Shown here one piece after another: positions 45,316 to 55,171 of a stretch of DNA of 64,000 nt. Source of the DNA: Vulcanimicrobiota bacterium (lineage in GTDB: Bacteria; Vulcanimicrobiota; Xenobia; Xenobiales; JADMJV01); NCBI GenBank assembly GCA_050250895.1, contig JBFWNU010000004.1, positions 654,934 to 718,933 on the forward strand, written 5' to 3'. Within the stretch, counting starts at the first letter, position 1. Every line of letters starts with the position of its first letter. Both the position numbers and the translations under genes were made by a program. The notes under the pieces were generated by a model. The model searched no databases and was not told where the DNA came from. It saw nothing but the letters and a program-made list of their open reading frames with translations.

Positions 45316-46521
45316 TCAGCGTCGAATCTCCCCCAGGGGAACGAGCTTCTGCTCTCGCAGACTGGCCGGCACGTCGATGAAGAGCAGCCCCTTCTTGGTG
45401 CACAGCAGCAGGCGCGAGCCCTCGGGGGGGAACGAGACCGAGGTGCCGGACATGAATTCCAGGTGGCCCAGTTCTTTGCCGGTGGCCAGATCATAGATCC
45501 CGCCAGGACCGCCATAACCCACTCCCTGCACGGCCATGCTCGAGCCGGGTAACCGCTCGGCTATGAACGGGACCCTGCCGAGCGACTCGCCGCTGACCGA
45601 ATAGCAGGTCAGGCCGCCTTCTCCATCGACCACGAAGCCCGCCCCGGGAGCCCAGTATTTCAGGGTGTCTTTGGGGCCACCCGTGAAAACGGCTTTGCCT
45701 TCGCTGTCGAGGACCACCAGGTTACCTGCTTGCTTCTCCCAACGCAGCCTGCCATCGGGGTGGGTGGGGAAGTCGGCCTCATCATCCGGAGACTCTTCCA
45801 CCCGCGAGAGGTCTTTCCAGGCATAGACTCCCTTGACGGCTCTCGATCCGTTGTCGGCCATGTGACGACAGAGCACGCCCTCCTGCCCCGGCTGGCCATC
45901 GAGAAACTCGCCGCCCAGGCGAACCTCGCGCAGCTTCTGGCCGGACGGAAAAGCATACAGTTGAAGTTTGTCAAAGCCTCCTCGAGCGAAGGACTTGCCA
46001 TCGGCGGCCCAGACCAGACTGTGCCAGCGCGTGTCGGGCCAACTCCAACTTTGCAATTGGCGGCCGGTCTGACCGTCGTAGAGCCGGGTGTGGGTGTCGG
46101 CCTGGGTCCTTCCGTGACTGGTGCCCCAAACCAACAATCCATATCCCTTTGGAGCAAAACGCACGCTATAGGCGCCCGGCGCGCGAGGATCGGCCACCGG
46201 CCCCCTGAAGTTCCAGACGAGCTTGCCGCTCTGGGCGTCATACACGTCCAGGCGACTGGGATAGTCTCCCACCGCTAGATAGCGTCCGTCCCAGCTGAGA
46301 GAAGCGTTGGCGACCCGGTCAAAGCCGTTCAGGCGAGCTTTGCGAGAAAATCGGGTCACATCGAAGACCGACACGAAATGCTCGCCCCAGACCGCCGCGG
46401 TCTTGCCGTCGGCGGAGAACTCGGTCTGGGGTTCCACCCCCGGATCGACCGCGATTTGAGGAGCAGGTTCAGCCCAGACCACCAGGGTCAACAGCAACAA
46501 TAGGAACGTTCTCGTCAGCAT
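45316..46521 (-). CDS. exported WD40/beta-propeller protein
   Basis: Signal peptide MLTRTFLLLL; FSADGK, SWDGRYLAVG, AADGKSFA repeats. Confidence 0.8.
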   Translation of the reverse strand: MLTRTFLLLLLTLVVWAEPAPQIAVDPGVEPQTEFSADGKTAAVWGEHFVSVFDVTRFSRKARLNGFDRVANASLSWDGRYLAVGDYPSRLDVYDAQSGKLVWNFRGPVADPRAPGAYSVRFAPKGYGLLVWGTSHGRTQADTHTRLYDGQTGRQLQSWSWPDTRWHSLVWAADGKSFARGGFDKLQLYAFPSGQKLREVRLGGEFLDGQPGQEGVLCRHMADNGSRAVKGVYAWKDLSRVEESPDDEADFPTHPDGRLRWEKQAGNLVVLDSEGKAVFTGGPKDTLKYWAPGAGFVVDGEGGLTCYSVSGESLGRVPFIAERLPGSSMAVQGVGYGGPGGIYDLATGKELGHLEFMSGTSVSFPPEGSRLLLCTKKGLLFIDVPASLREQKLVPLGEIRR

Positions 46522-46553
46522 CGCCGGGGGTTCTCCCTGGGTGCAACCAACTC

Positions 46554-46892
46554 CTAGACGGGGGTCTGTTGGTGAGCGACCAGTTGCCAGCGGCCGTCTT
46601 GCTCGCGCCAGACCGAGGTCATCCAAGCCTCGTAGGGGTCTTGTCCCCCGCGCTCGGCCACCACGTGATAGCTCAAAGCCACCATTTCGTCGTCGAGCTC
46701 CAACCACTCGACCTCGTCGAACTGATGCGATGTCCAGCCGCAGTTCTGGCGGGCCGCGTTCACGCACTCGGCCTTGGTAAGGCGCCCGAGGCCTGGCACC
46801 ACCAGCATCGCATCATCGTCGACCACGCGGCGATAGAAATCGGCGCTGCCGTCTTCAAAGAATCCATGTTCCAGCTTCATGACTTCGTGCAT
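46554..46892 (-). CDS. NTF2/SnoaL-like (DUF4440) protein
   Basis: Y.A.MTSVW..DGRWQLVAHQQTP. Confidence 0.85.
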   Translation of the reverse strand: MHEVMKLEHGFFEDGSADFYRRVVDDDAMLVVPGLGRLTKAECVNAARQNCGWTSHQFDEVEWLELDDEMVALSYHVVAERGGQDPYEAWMTSVWREQDGRWQLVAHQQTPV

Positions 46893-46955
46893 ATTCTGAT
46901 TCAAGCGAACCCGGCTGGATTAGACCACATCCTGACGGGTCCTGGGGGGGCACCC

Positions 46956-48488
46956 CTATAGGAAGGCAGGCTTCTTGTTCATGAACGTAGCCAGACCGTT
47001 CCAGCCAAACGACGGCACGCCGAAGCCCTGAGGATTCTGGCCCGGCTCGGCCAGGGGATGAAAATACTCGTAGAAATCGGCCCGGTCGAGCGCCTCGAAA
47101 GTGGAGCTGCGAATCTTCTCGGACATGGCCCGGGCCAGCACATTATCGGGATTGCTCTTGAGGTGCTGCTCAAGACCGCAGCGGGTGAAAAAGTTGACGA
47201 TGACCCAGATATTGCCGCGCCAGTAGTGGTCGTTGGGATTCTCGAGCATCTGCGTGGGCACGCTGGGATCGTCGAGCGAGGTCGTGGGCACGCTATACCC
47301 GTCGGGCGGATTGAACTCGCCGGGATTGAGCAAATGGTTGGCAATCAGGCTGGTCCCATGGGGCTCGCCCTCGAGCAGCATGGGATAGAACATGGCGGCG
47401 CTCTTGACCGGCGACTTGCGCTCGCCGATGAGGTCGCAATACTTGTCGCCATCCCACATCTTCTCGAAGATGGCAGCTTTGACTTCGTCGGCCCGCTGCT
47501 GATAGTGGTCGGCCCGGTCGGGCTGGTCGGCGGCTTGATACAACCGCGCCAGACACTCGAGATTCTTGGCGTAGAGAGCGTTGAAATCGACCGGTTTGAC
47601 GGCGAAGTCGCCGCTCTCGAAGATCTTGTCGAGGTCCCAGTCCAGGGCCTTATACTTGCAAAACAGACCCATCTTACGCACATCGATCTGGCTGCGCTCG
47701 ATGGGAGCCTCGGGCCGCCCCAGGCCGATGGTCTCGTCCCAACGCTGGCTATTGTCCCAGCCGCTCTCCCAGGGATGGATGATGCGGACCAGGCCGTCCT
47801 CGTCGGCCCGCCGGTCGTGAAGATAATCATAGTAGGCCGAAAGCTTCGGCAGCATTTCTCCGAGAAAGGCCTGGTCGTCGGTAGCAGCCTGCAACTCGAG
47901 AGCGGCCATGGCCAGGATCGGAGGCTGGGTGATATCAGAGTGCACCGGGCTCGACCAGTAGCCCTGACAGAATTCAGCGCGCTCGCTCTCGGGCACCAAC
48001 CGGCGACCGTCGGGCGAGTCGAGAAAACGCTGGTAATGCGGCTGGGCCCAGGTCGGCACCCGGCTGCCGTCGCCGTGGAAGTAGTTCATGTGGGGCACGA
48101 AGCCCAAGTCTTTCGAGGCGGGGTCGCGATTCTGGTTGGCGAAAACGGCGCGCAGCTCGGACTGAGCCACCTCGGGCTCGGTCCAGGCTAGATTCATGAC
48201 GTGAGCGGCCGAGTCCCAGAGCCATTGCTTGCCACCATAGTCGAGGCGCGAATCTTGAGCGCCGTCGCAGCGACTGGGAGTGGTGAAGGTATGCTCGGCG
48301 CCGGCGGGGTCGACGACCTTGACCCGATTACCGCTGAGAATCTGATAGGCTTTGAGGGTCACGGCCATGTCGCGTTCGCGCTGGGCCGCTCCCAGCTCCA
48401 GCTGGTCTTTGGGTCCAGAACTGGTGGGACGGGTGGCTGACCGAACCACGGGACGTGACGGCAGGCCGGGGAGTGAAGTGATGAGCAT
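46956..48488 (-). CDS. GH63/MGH1-like (alpha/alpha)6 glycoside hydrolase
   Basis: QWLWDSA, ITQPP, HPWESGWDNS, YWRGNIW, FYEYF, FGW. Confidence 0.85.
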   Translation of the reverse strand: MLITSLPGLPSRPVVRSATRPTSSGPKDQLELGAAQRERDMAVTLKAYQILSGNRVKVVDPAGAEHTFTTPSRCDGAQDSRLDYGGKQWLWDSAAHVMNLAWTEPEVAQSELRAVFANQNRDPASKDLGFVPHMNYFHGDGSRVPTWAQPHYQRFLDSPDGRRLVPESERAEFCQGYWSSPVHSDITQPPILAMAALELQAATDDQAFLGEMLPKLSAYYDYLHDRRADEDGLVRIIHPWESGWDNSQRWDETIGLGRPEAPIERSQIDVRKMGLFCKYKALDWDLDKIFESGDFAVKPVDFNALYAKNLECLARLYQAADQPDRADHYQQRADEVKAAIFEKMWDGDKYCDLIGERKSPVKSAAMFYPMLLEGEPHGTSLIANHLLNPGEFNPPDGYSVPTTSLDDPSVPTQMLENPNDHYWRGNIWVIVNFFTRCGLEQHLKSNPDNVLARAMSEKIRSSTFEALDRADFYEYFHPLAEPGQNPQGFGVPSFGWNGLATFMNKKPAFL

Positions 48489-48505
48489 GGGGCCTCCTCT
48501 CTTTC

Positions 48506-48537
48506 AAAGTAAGAGAAAGCCCTGAAAAATCGTTGAA
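48506..48537 (-). promoter_or_regulatory. direct-repeat promoter (candidate regulon motif, leadered)
   Basis: TTCAA-N6-TTCAG-N10-TACTTT, then SD AGGAGG. Confidence 0.68.
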
Positions 48538-48539
48538 GC

Positions 48540-49451
48540 CTACTCGCCCGCCAGCACGTAGCCGGCGGCGGCGCCCGCCACAGCGCCCAGCCCGCCCACG
48601 ATCAGAGCCATTTGCATCGTCACCGGACTGGCCAGCCGTAGAGGGTTGGCCAGCGCCGGAACCATCACCGCAAACGTTCCCAGGGCGCCACCGAGGCCGG
48701 CCCCGATCAGCATCGAGCCGAGCGGGTCGCTCTGCTCGCTCTGAACGGTTGCAGTGCGCAGCAGGCCCGAGGCCTGGCCGAAGTTGCGCCGGGCCGACTG
48801 CACCTGACGCTCGCTGTCACCGAGCTCGCGGTCCATGAAGCCAAGTTCGCGCTCGATGCCGCGCAGGCTGTTGCCCACCAGGATGCCGTCCATCGACACA
48901 TCCACCCCGGGTTGGTCCATCTGGATCTGGCGGATGTGCATATCGGCCATGCGGACCTCGCGTTCGATGTTGCGATTACCGTTGTCAAAGCGGCGCCAAC
49001 CAATCCCGAGCGAGTCGACGGCTTGCGAGCCCTCTTCGAGCTGGGTAGCCGCCTGGCGCACTCGACCCAGCCGCTCGTCGCCGGCGGCCTCGAGATCCCG
49101 CAAAAGATCGGTCATGCTCTGTTTGGCCAGATCGACGCCGCGGTCGAGTTGGCCGTATTCCACCTCGCCCCGGCGCATCTGCATGGCCGCCGAATCGAGC
49201 TGGCGCGAGCCGTTGTCGAACTGCCGGTCGAGCTGATAGCCGGCCCAGCTCGAGTCGGTGGCGCGAGTGTCACGCTGAGCCTGGCTCTGGGGCATCCACG
49301 CCTGATCGAAATCGCGCTCGGCCGAGGCCAGATAGCGTTCGGTCTGAGAGTGGGTCTGACTGACCCGGTCAAGAGACGTGTTCGAGCCGTCAAGCTGGGC
49401 GGCCAGGCGCGCCAGGCGAGCGGCGAAAGGATCGCTTGCTGAGATGACCAT
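48540..49451 (-). CDS. coiled-coil protein with internal duplication and C-terminal glycine-zipper TM hairpin
   Basis: Two ER....A.M....Q.D....D.S..G repeats; GAGLGGALG and GGLGAVAGAAAG. Confidence 0.75.
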   Translation of the reverse strand: MVISASDPFAARLARLAAQLDGSNTSLDRVSQTHSQTERYLASAERDFDQAWMPQSQAQRDTRATDSSWAGYQLDRQFDNGSRQLDSAAMQMRRGEVEYGQLDRGVDLAKQSMTDLLRDLEAAGDERLGRVRQAATQLEEGSQAVDSLGIGWRRFDNGNRNIEREVRMADMHIRQIQMDQPGVDVSMDGILVGNSLRGIERELGFMDRELGDSERQVQSARRNFGQASGLLRTATVQSEQSDPLGSMLIGAGLGGALGTFAVMVPALANPLRLASPVTMQMALIVGGLGAVAGAAAGYVLAGE

Positions 49452-49514
49452 GATCGCACCCTAGTCAAGCAGGCCTGGGCCAGGTGTTGCCGGCAGATGA
49501 ACGAACCAACGGGT

Positions 49515-49946
49515 ATGCGACTCTGGTTGTTCTTTCTACTCACCCTCCCCTGCCTGGCCGGCCCGACCCTTGACGACCTCAAATGGATGAGCGGAGGCTG
49601 GGTCGACGCCACCACCGAAGAGAGTTGGAGTCGGCCCGCTGGCCACACCATGCTGGGCTACTCGCGCACCATCGAGGACGGCAAGACCGTCTTCTTCGAG
49701 TATCTGCGCATCGAAGAGACGGCCGATGGCATCTTCTACCGGGCCTCGCCTCTGGGTAAGAACGAGACCAGCTTTCGCCTCACCGAAAGCGGGCCCGGTT
49801 TGGCCGTGTTCTCGAACCCGGAACACGATTTTCCCAAGACCATTCGCTACCGCCGAGAGGGCGACTCGCTGACGGCCGAGGTCAGCGACGGCCAGCGCAC
49901 CGAGCGCTGGCAGTTGCGCCGGTCCCAGAAGGAAACAACCCCTTAG
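49515..49946 (+). CDS. exported DUF6265-like protein
   Basis: L.WMSGGW, EESWS.P.G..MLG, FFEYLRI, AVFSNPEHDFP..IRY. Confidence 0.85.
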   Translation: MRLWLFFLLTLPCLAGPTLDDLKWMSGGWVDATTEESWSRPAGHTMLGYSRTIEDGKTVFFEYLRIEETADGIFYRASPLGKNETSFRLTESGPGLAVFSNPEHDFPKTIRYRREGDSLTAEVSDGQRTERWQLRRSQKETTP

Positions 49947-49968
49947 CACCTGGAAGCCTTCCTCTGCG

Positions 49969-51093
49969 ATGCACAATGCCAGTGTTCTGAACCCGTGGGT
50001 GGATCTGCCGGTTTCAAGCCCGTACGAACTCGTGGGCGACCGACAGATGGTCAAGAAGCACAACGAAAGCGCCGGTGAGCAGTATCAGCTCGAGACGACC
50101 ATTCCTCCCCAACCCTTTCTGGGTGACCCTTTCCGGGCCAGCCTGATCCTGCTGTCGCGGGCCCCTGGATTCGACGAGCAAGACGATGTTCTCTATAGCT
50201 GGGGTGTGGTGGCCCAGGCGCTGCGGGCCAACCTGCTGCACCAGCCCAGCGCGCTGCGTCCGTTCTATGTGCTCGATCCCAACCTGGCCGGCTCGAGCAC
50301 CCAGAAACGATGGTTGCGCCAGCTTCGGCCTCTGATCCGGGCCCTGAAGAAGAGTGGTGTCGAGAACCCCGTCGACCTGATCTCGCGCCAGGTGGCCGTG
50401 ATCGAGTGGTTTCCTTATCGGGCCCGTCGTTTCAAGATGCCCCCGGCGGCCAGCGAAGGCCAACTCTACAGCTGGGTGCTGGCCCGCCGAGCCCTGGAAG
50501 ACCCCTACCAGATCGTGATTGTGCTGGGAGCCAAGAAGCAGTGGGAGCAATCCATCGGCGAGCTAGGTGTGCCGACGCTCTCGAGCCGGGAGCCGGTGCT
50601 CGGGCCCAAGCAACTGGGAGAGGTGCGCTTCGATTCGATCGTGGGCCACCTGATTCGAGCCGAGCAAGCCTTGCTCAACACCGTGGCCGACCGCCTGGCA
50701 TGGACCAAGACGCAGCCGATCGAAGAGGGCTTTCTTCGCTATCCCAGCCGAATCGAGGGCGTCACCTATGGCATTGGCTTCTGCGGTCGCAGCGAGCCCA
50801 AGCGCGCCCTGGTCGAGCTTCACATGAGTCGCGATGTCGAGCTGTTCGACTGGCTCAAAGCCCGCGTCTCGCAACGCCTGCTCAACGGCGTCAAGCTCTC
50901 GTGGGAGCGAATGGACGACCGTCCCGACGCCGGTCGTCGCAACTGTCGAGTGGCCATGTATCGCAGCATCGACTTCACCGAGACCCAGCGGGTGGTCGAG
51001 GCGCTCGTTTCCGACGCCATCGCCCTGCGCGGCCTGCTCGGTCCTCACCTGCGCCGCCACGAAAGCGCCGTCGAACCTTCGCGCATGGTCTGA
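49969..51093 (+). CDS. UDG-like fold protein fused to a DUF4268-like domain
   Basis: NPW.DLP...PY...D, PQPFLGDP...LL..APG, IEWFPYR; C-terminal LF..LK...L.WERMD....CRV. Confidence 0.6.
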   Translation: MHNASVLNPWVDLPVSSPYELVGDRQMVKKHNESAGEQYQLETTIPPQPFLGDPFRASLILLSRAPGFDEQDDVLYSWGVVAQALRANLLHQPSALRPFYVLDPNLAGSSTQKRWLRQLRPLIRALKKSGVENPVDLISRQVAVIEWFPYRARRFKMPPAASEGQLYSWVLARRALEDPYQIVIVLGAKKQWEQSIGELGVPTLSSREPVLGPKQLGEVRFDSIVGHLIRAEQALLNTVADRLAWTKTQPIEEGFLRYPSRIEGVTYGIGFCGRSEPKRALVELHMSRDVELFDWLKARVSQRLLNGVKLSWERMDDRPDAGRRNCRVAMYRSIDFTETQRVVEALVSDAIALRGLLGPHLRRHESAVEPSRMV

Positions 51094-51112
51094 GGTGGGC
51101 GCTGGATGGTGA

Positions 51113-51683
51113 AAACCGCCGGCGCTAAGACGCAGAGCGGTGGCGGAGGTGGCTGGATAGGAAAACCGCGGAGGGGTGGGCGTTGCCGCGAGGCCGTGCG
51201 CTCTGATGTTCGGGGCTGGTCCTGGAGCATAGCGAACAGGTCTTCCCGGATCCATCCATCCTCAAGCGTGGAGTAAAGATTGGAGGAATGTTGAAGTTGA
51301 AGCGCGTCTGTCGTGGTCGTGGCGCGTGGTCGAAGCACAGGTCGGTGGGCTCGGCAGTGGGGCGCCTGAGAAGTAAACCGCGGAGATCAGGAGGGCACGG
51401 AGAGGGTTGTGGGTGCCATGGGGTGAGCGTCCTGGCGAATTTATGGGTTAGTGTTTTGTCACATCGAACGGGTGCTCAAAACGGCGGTGGCTCAGTTGCT
51501 CGGTGGCTGCCCGATCGTAGGCGGTGCCTGAAGCGGTCAGACGCGCCTTGCCACAGGGGCGTCTCGACACCGGGAATGCTACTCTTAATCCCTGACAGAC
51601 CCTAATCCTAATCCAATAAATCCGCTGAGCAACCACCCTCTCAGCCACACTGCCCCCTCTGCGCCTCGGCGCCTTTGCGGTTT
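51113..51683. mobile_element. about 570-bp segment bounded by imperfect inverted repeats (MITE/REPIN-like)
   Basis: AAACCGCCGGCGCTAAGACGCAGAG (51113-51137) versus CTCTGCGCCTCGGCGCCTTTGCGGTTT (51657-51683); no convincing ORF inside. Confidence 0.45.
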
Positions 51684-51764
51684 GCCCATGAGCACACCCC
51701 GACCACCAACGGCCACCGAGACAGAGGCGCCCACCTCCTCCGCGGCCCCCGCGTATCTCCGCCG

Positions 51765-52385
51765 TTACCCTCCGTGCTTGAAATTGGCCAGTCCCGTGCT
51801 GGCCGCCAGCCAGGCGCCAACAGCAGCCACCACCTGGCTATCTCTAGCCAGGCAAAAGCGGGTAGAGAGGGCGTTGATCGATTCGCCGGGGTTTACCAGA
51901 TAGACCTGACTGCTTCCAGTGCTGCTGCCTCGAAACAGCTGCAGACTGGCCCGCGAGAAGTCTTGCTCGTGCACTCCCCAGGGCGATTTGCGATATTGGG
52001 TCAGTCGGCCCGGAGCCAACTCCCAACGCAACTCGGTGACTAGCTCGCGGACGGCCAGGCCCCATAGCAGCAAGCTAATCAGCAAGAAGAGAAAAGTGAC
52101 CAGGGCCGGGCTGACGAAAAAGCCGGCTCCGGCAGCGGTGCCCCCGATCATGAAAAGCACCGCCGACATGAAGGCGTGCGAACGGGGCTGGGTCAGAACC
52201 AAGCGACCATCCCGCCGCTCGAACGTATAATGACGCGTCAACTCCTCGGGCGGCTCTAACTCGGCCACCTCCTGGCCCCCCTCGACTACCGGCGCGGCCG
52301 TATGCAAGTCTGCCGAGCACTGATAACAATTCTGGTCAGATTGACGATTCTGACTGCCGCAACCCGGGCAACGCAAATATCTCAT
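51765..52385 (-). CDS. zinc-ribbon membrane protein
   Basis: CPGCG...CYQC followed by two TM helices. Confidence 0.75.
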   Translation of the reverse strand: MRYLRCPGCGSQNRQSDQNCYQCSADLHTAAPVVEGGQEVAELEPPEELTRHYTFERRDGRLVLTQPRSHAFMSAVLFMIGGTAAGAGFFVSPALVTFLFLLISLLLWGLAVRELVTELRWELAPGRLTQYRKSPWGVHEQDFSRASLQLFRGSSTGSSQVYLVNPGESINALSTRFCLARDSQVVAAVGAWLAASTGLANFKHGG

Positions 52386-52444
52386 ATAGGAAAATTCCAG
52401 CCGGCAAGTCAAAACTCCTGGGCAACGATGGCGCGCTCGGTGGT

Positions 52445-54110
52445 CCCGGCCCGGCCGCCTTCGGCGGGGCGGGGCGAACCCAGACTTCCAGCTGGAGGAC
52501 CGGCCCACGGGGCAGCGGCCTGGCCAGCTCCGCACGGAACACGAGCGGTCGCGAGCGCCCGGTAGCCGGGGCGAGGGGAGCACGGCCGCCTTCGGCGGGG
52601 CGGGGCGAACCCAGACTTCCAGCTGGAAGACCGGCCCGCGGGGCGGCGACCTGGTCACTTCCGCACGGAAGACGAGCGGTCGCGAGCGCCCGGCAGCCCG
52701 GGCCGGAGACGACCGCCTCGGGGGGGGCGGGGCGAACCCAGACTTCCAGTTGGAAGACCGGCCCGCGGGGCGGCGACCCGGCCAGCTCCGCACGGAACAC
52801 GAGCGGTCGCGAGCGCCCGGCAGCCGGGGCGAGGGGAGCACGACCGCCTTCGACGGGGCGATTCAACCCCCCAGACTTCCAGCTGGAAGACCGGCCCACG
52901 GGGCAGCGGCCTGGCCAACTCATCTGGCCACTTCCGCACGGAAGACGAGCGGTCGCGAGCCGAATCGCCCGGCCGCCCGGGCCGGAGCACGACCGCCTTC
53001 GACGGGGCGATTCAACCCCAGACTTCCAGCTGGAAGACCGGCCCACGGGGCAGCGACCTGGCCAACTCACGTGCCACTTCCGCACGGAAGACGAGCGGTC
53101 GCGAGCCGAATCGCCCGGCCGCCCTGGCCGGAGCACGACCGCCTCGGCGGGGTGGGGCGAACCCAGACCTCCAGCTGGAAGACCGGCCCACAGGGCAGCG
53201 ACCTGGCCAGCTCATCTGGCCACTTCCGCACGGAAGACGAGCGGTCGCGAGCGCCCGGCAGCCCGGGCCGGAGCACGTCCGCCTCGGCGGGGTGGGGCAA
53301 CCCAGACTTCCAGCTGGAAGACCGGCCCCCGGCGCGGCGATCTGGCCAGCTCACCTGGCCACTTCCGCACGGAAGACGAGCGGTCGCGAGCGCCCCGCAG
53401 CCCGGGCCGGAGCACGACCGCCTCGGCGGGGTGGGGCGAACCCAGACTTCCAGTTGGAAGACCGGCCCGCGGGGCGGCGATCTGGCCACTTCCGCACGGA
53501 AGACGAGCGGTCGCGAGCGCCCGGCAGCCCGGGCCGAGGGGAGCACGACCGCCTCGGCGGGGTGGGGCGAACCCAGACTTCCAGTTGGAAGACCGGCCCG
53601 CGGGGCGGCGACCCGGCCAGCTCCGCACGGAACACGAGCGGTCGCGAGCGCCCGGCAGCCGGGGCGAGGGGAGCACGACCGCCTTCGACGGGGCGATTCA
53701 ACCCCCCAGACTTCCAGCTGGAAGACCGGCCCACGGGGCAGCGGCCTGGCCAACTCATCTGGCCACTTCCGCACGGAAGACGAGCGGTCGCGAGCGCCCG
53801 GTAGCCGGGGCGAGGGGAGCACGGCCGCCTTCGGCGGGGTGGGGCAACCCAGACTTCCAGCTGGAAGACCGGCCCCCGGCGCGGCGATCTGGCCAGCTCA
53901 CCTGGCCACTTCCGCACGGAAGACGAGCGGTCGCGAGCGCCCCGCAGCCCGGGCCGGAGCACGACCGCCTCGGCGGGGCGGGGCGAACCCAGACTTCCAG
54001 CTGGAAGACCGGCCCGCGGGGCAGCGTGGCCACCTCACCTGGCCACTTCCGCACGGACGACGAGCGGTCGCGAGCGCCCGGCCGCCTGGGCCGGAGCACG
54101 TCCGCCTCGG
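52445..54110. repeat. tandem mosaic array of 12 units of about 127-146 bp (REP/BIME-like)
   Basis: CCCAGACTTCCAG(C/T)TGGAAGACCGGCCC near 52481, 52611, 52738, 52871, 53017, 53162, 53301, 53441, 53572, 53705, 53848 and 53988, alternating with CTTCCGCACGGAAGACGAGCGGTCGCGAGC. Confidence 0.95.
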
Positions 54111-54205
54111 CGCCTCGGCGCCCTTTGCGGTTAGCCCATCGAGCTCAAACCGACCGGCTACGACAAGCGATCCAGAGGCGCTCACCCCCAGCGCACCGGA
54201 TTGCC

Positions 54206-55171
54206 TCAGGTGAACTTCGAGAGGTAGTTGTAGCCGAAGTGACTGCCCGTGTCGTCGATGACGGTCATGTTGGGGTTGTCGGTGAAGATATCGTGGGTGA
54301 GAAACTCTTTGCCCAGCAGCTTGCGCGGCTCGAGGCCAAGTTGGGGGGCGGTTCGCGACAGCGACTTCCAGACCAGTTCGGCGCAGCCGAAGCCGTCGTC
54401 GCTGCCCTCGCCGCGCAGTTTGTACATCAGGTCGAAGCCTTTGCCCACATGAGTGCGGGCCTCGGCCACGGCGGCCTGAGCTTGCTCCTGGTCGCGATAG
54501 GCCGGGCGTAAAATCTTGACGTGCTCGTTCTCGCCCATCACTATGGCGGCGGGGCGCTCGATCACGCCACATTCAATCAGGCTGTCCACGGCCTGACCGT
54601 CACCGGCATAGAGGCCGACATGGACCCAGGAAGGGTTCGAGCCGGTCAGGCCGCCCATCACCTCGAGGTCGAGCCAGGTGTCCGAGTTGGTCACGATGAC
54701 ATCACCCGGTTCCATCTTGTCGAGCATCTGCTGCACACGCTCGGCGCTGGGGCGGGGGTGCGAAGTGTAACTGGGATCCCAGAGCTTCTTGGGCAGCGAG
54801 CCGAGGGTGAAGCCTTTCGTCTCGTCCTGCATTCGGGGCGAGAAGACATCGAGGCCGAGGCCGTCCATGGCCGCGCCCAGGCCGGTGCCGACCACCCCTC
54901 CGACCATTCCCCCCACCATCCGGCCAACCGGGAAAACGCCCTCGAAACGGCGGCTCTTGAACTCGACATAGACCCCGGTGGCAAAGCCCGCCACCGCGCC
55001 CGCCACTTTGGCTGCCGGCCCAAAACTGTCGCACAGTTCGGCTCCGAGCTTGGCCGTCACGAAGGGTACGGCCAGACGTGTGACCAGCGAACCGGTAGCT
55101 GCACCAAGACTGCCCATCGCCTTGCGATTGACGTGGCGGGCCGGAGAAGAGGCCTGATTCTGGATTCTCAT
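54206..55171 (-). CDS. permuted papain-like NlpC/P60 (YiiX/C92) protein with N-terminal glycine-zipper helices
   Basis: PGDVI, WVHVGLY, ILRP, VGKGFD, GCAELVW. Confidence 0.82.
   Translation of the reverse strand: MRIQNQASSPARHVNRKAMGSLGAATGSLVTRLAVPFVTAKLGAELCDSFGPAAKVAGAVAGFATGVYVEFKSRRFEGVFPVGRMVGGMVGGVVGTGLGAAMDGLGLDVFSPRMQDETKGFTLGSLPKKLWDPSYTSHPRPSAERVQQMLDKMEPGDVIVTNSDTWLDLEVMGGLTGSNPSWVHVGLYAGDGQAVDSLIECGVIERPAAIVMGENEHVKILRPAYRDQEQAQAAVAEARTHVGKGFDLMYKLRGEGSDDGFGCAELVWKSLSRTAPQLGLEPRKLLGKEFLTHDIFTDNPNMTVIDDTGSHFGYNYLSKFT

Noticed and set aside
52445-54110. CRISPR array
   Set aside because: Inter-repeat segments are variants of each other, units are about 135 bp with several constant blocks, and there are no cas genes.
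52302-54572. Long ORFs on both strands across the repeat array
   Set aside because: They are stop-poor translations of GC-rich repeats, open in many frames at once, with no RBS or protein-like composition.
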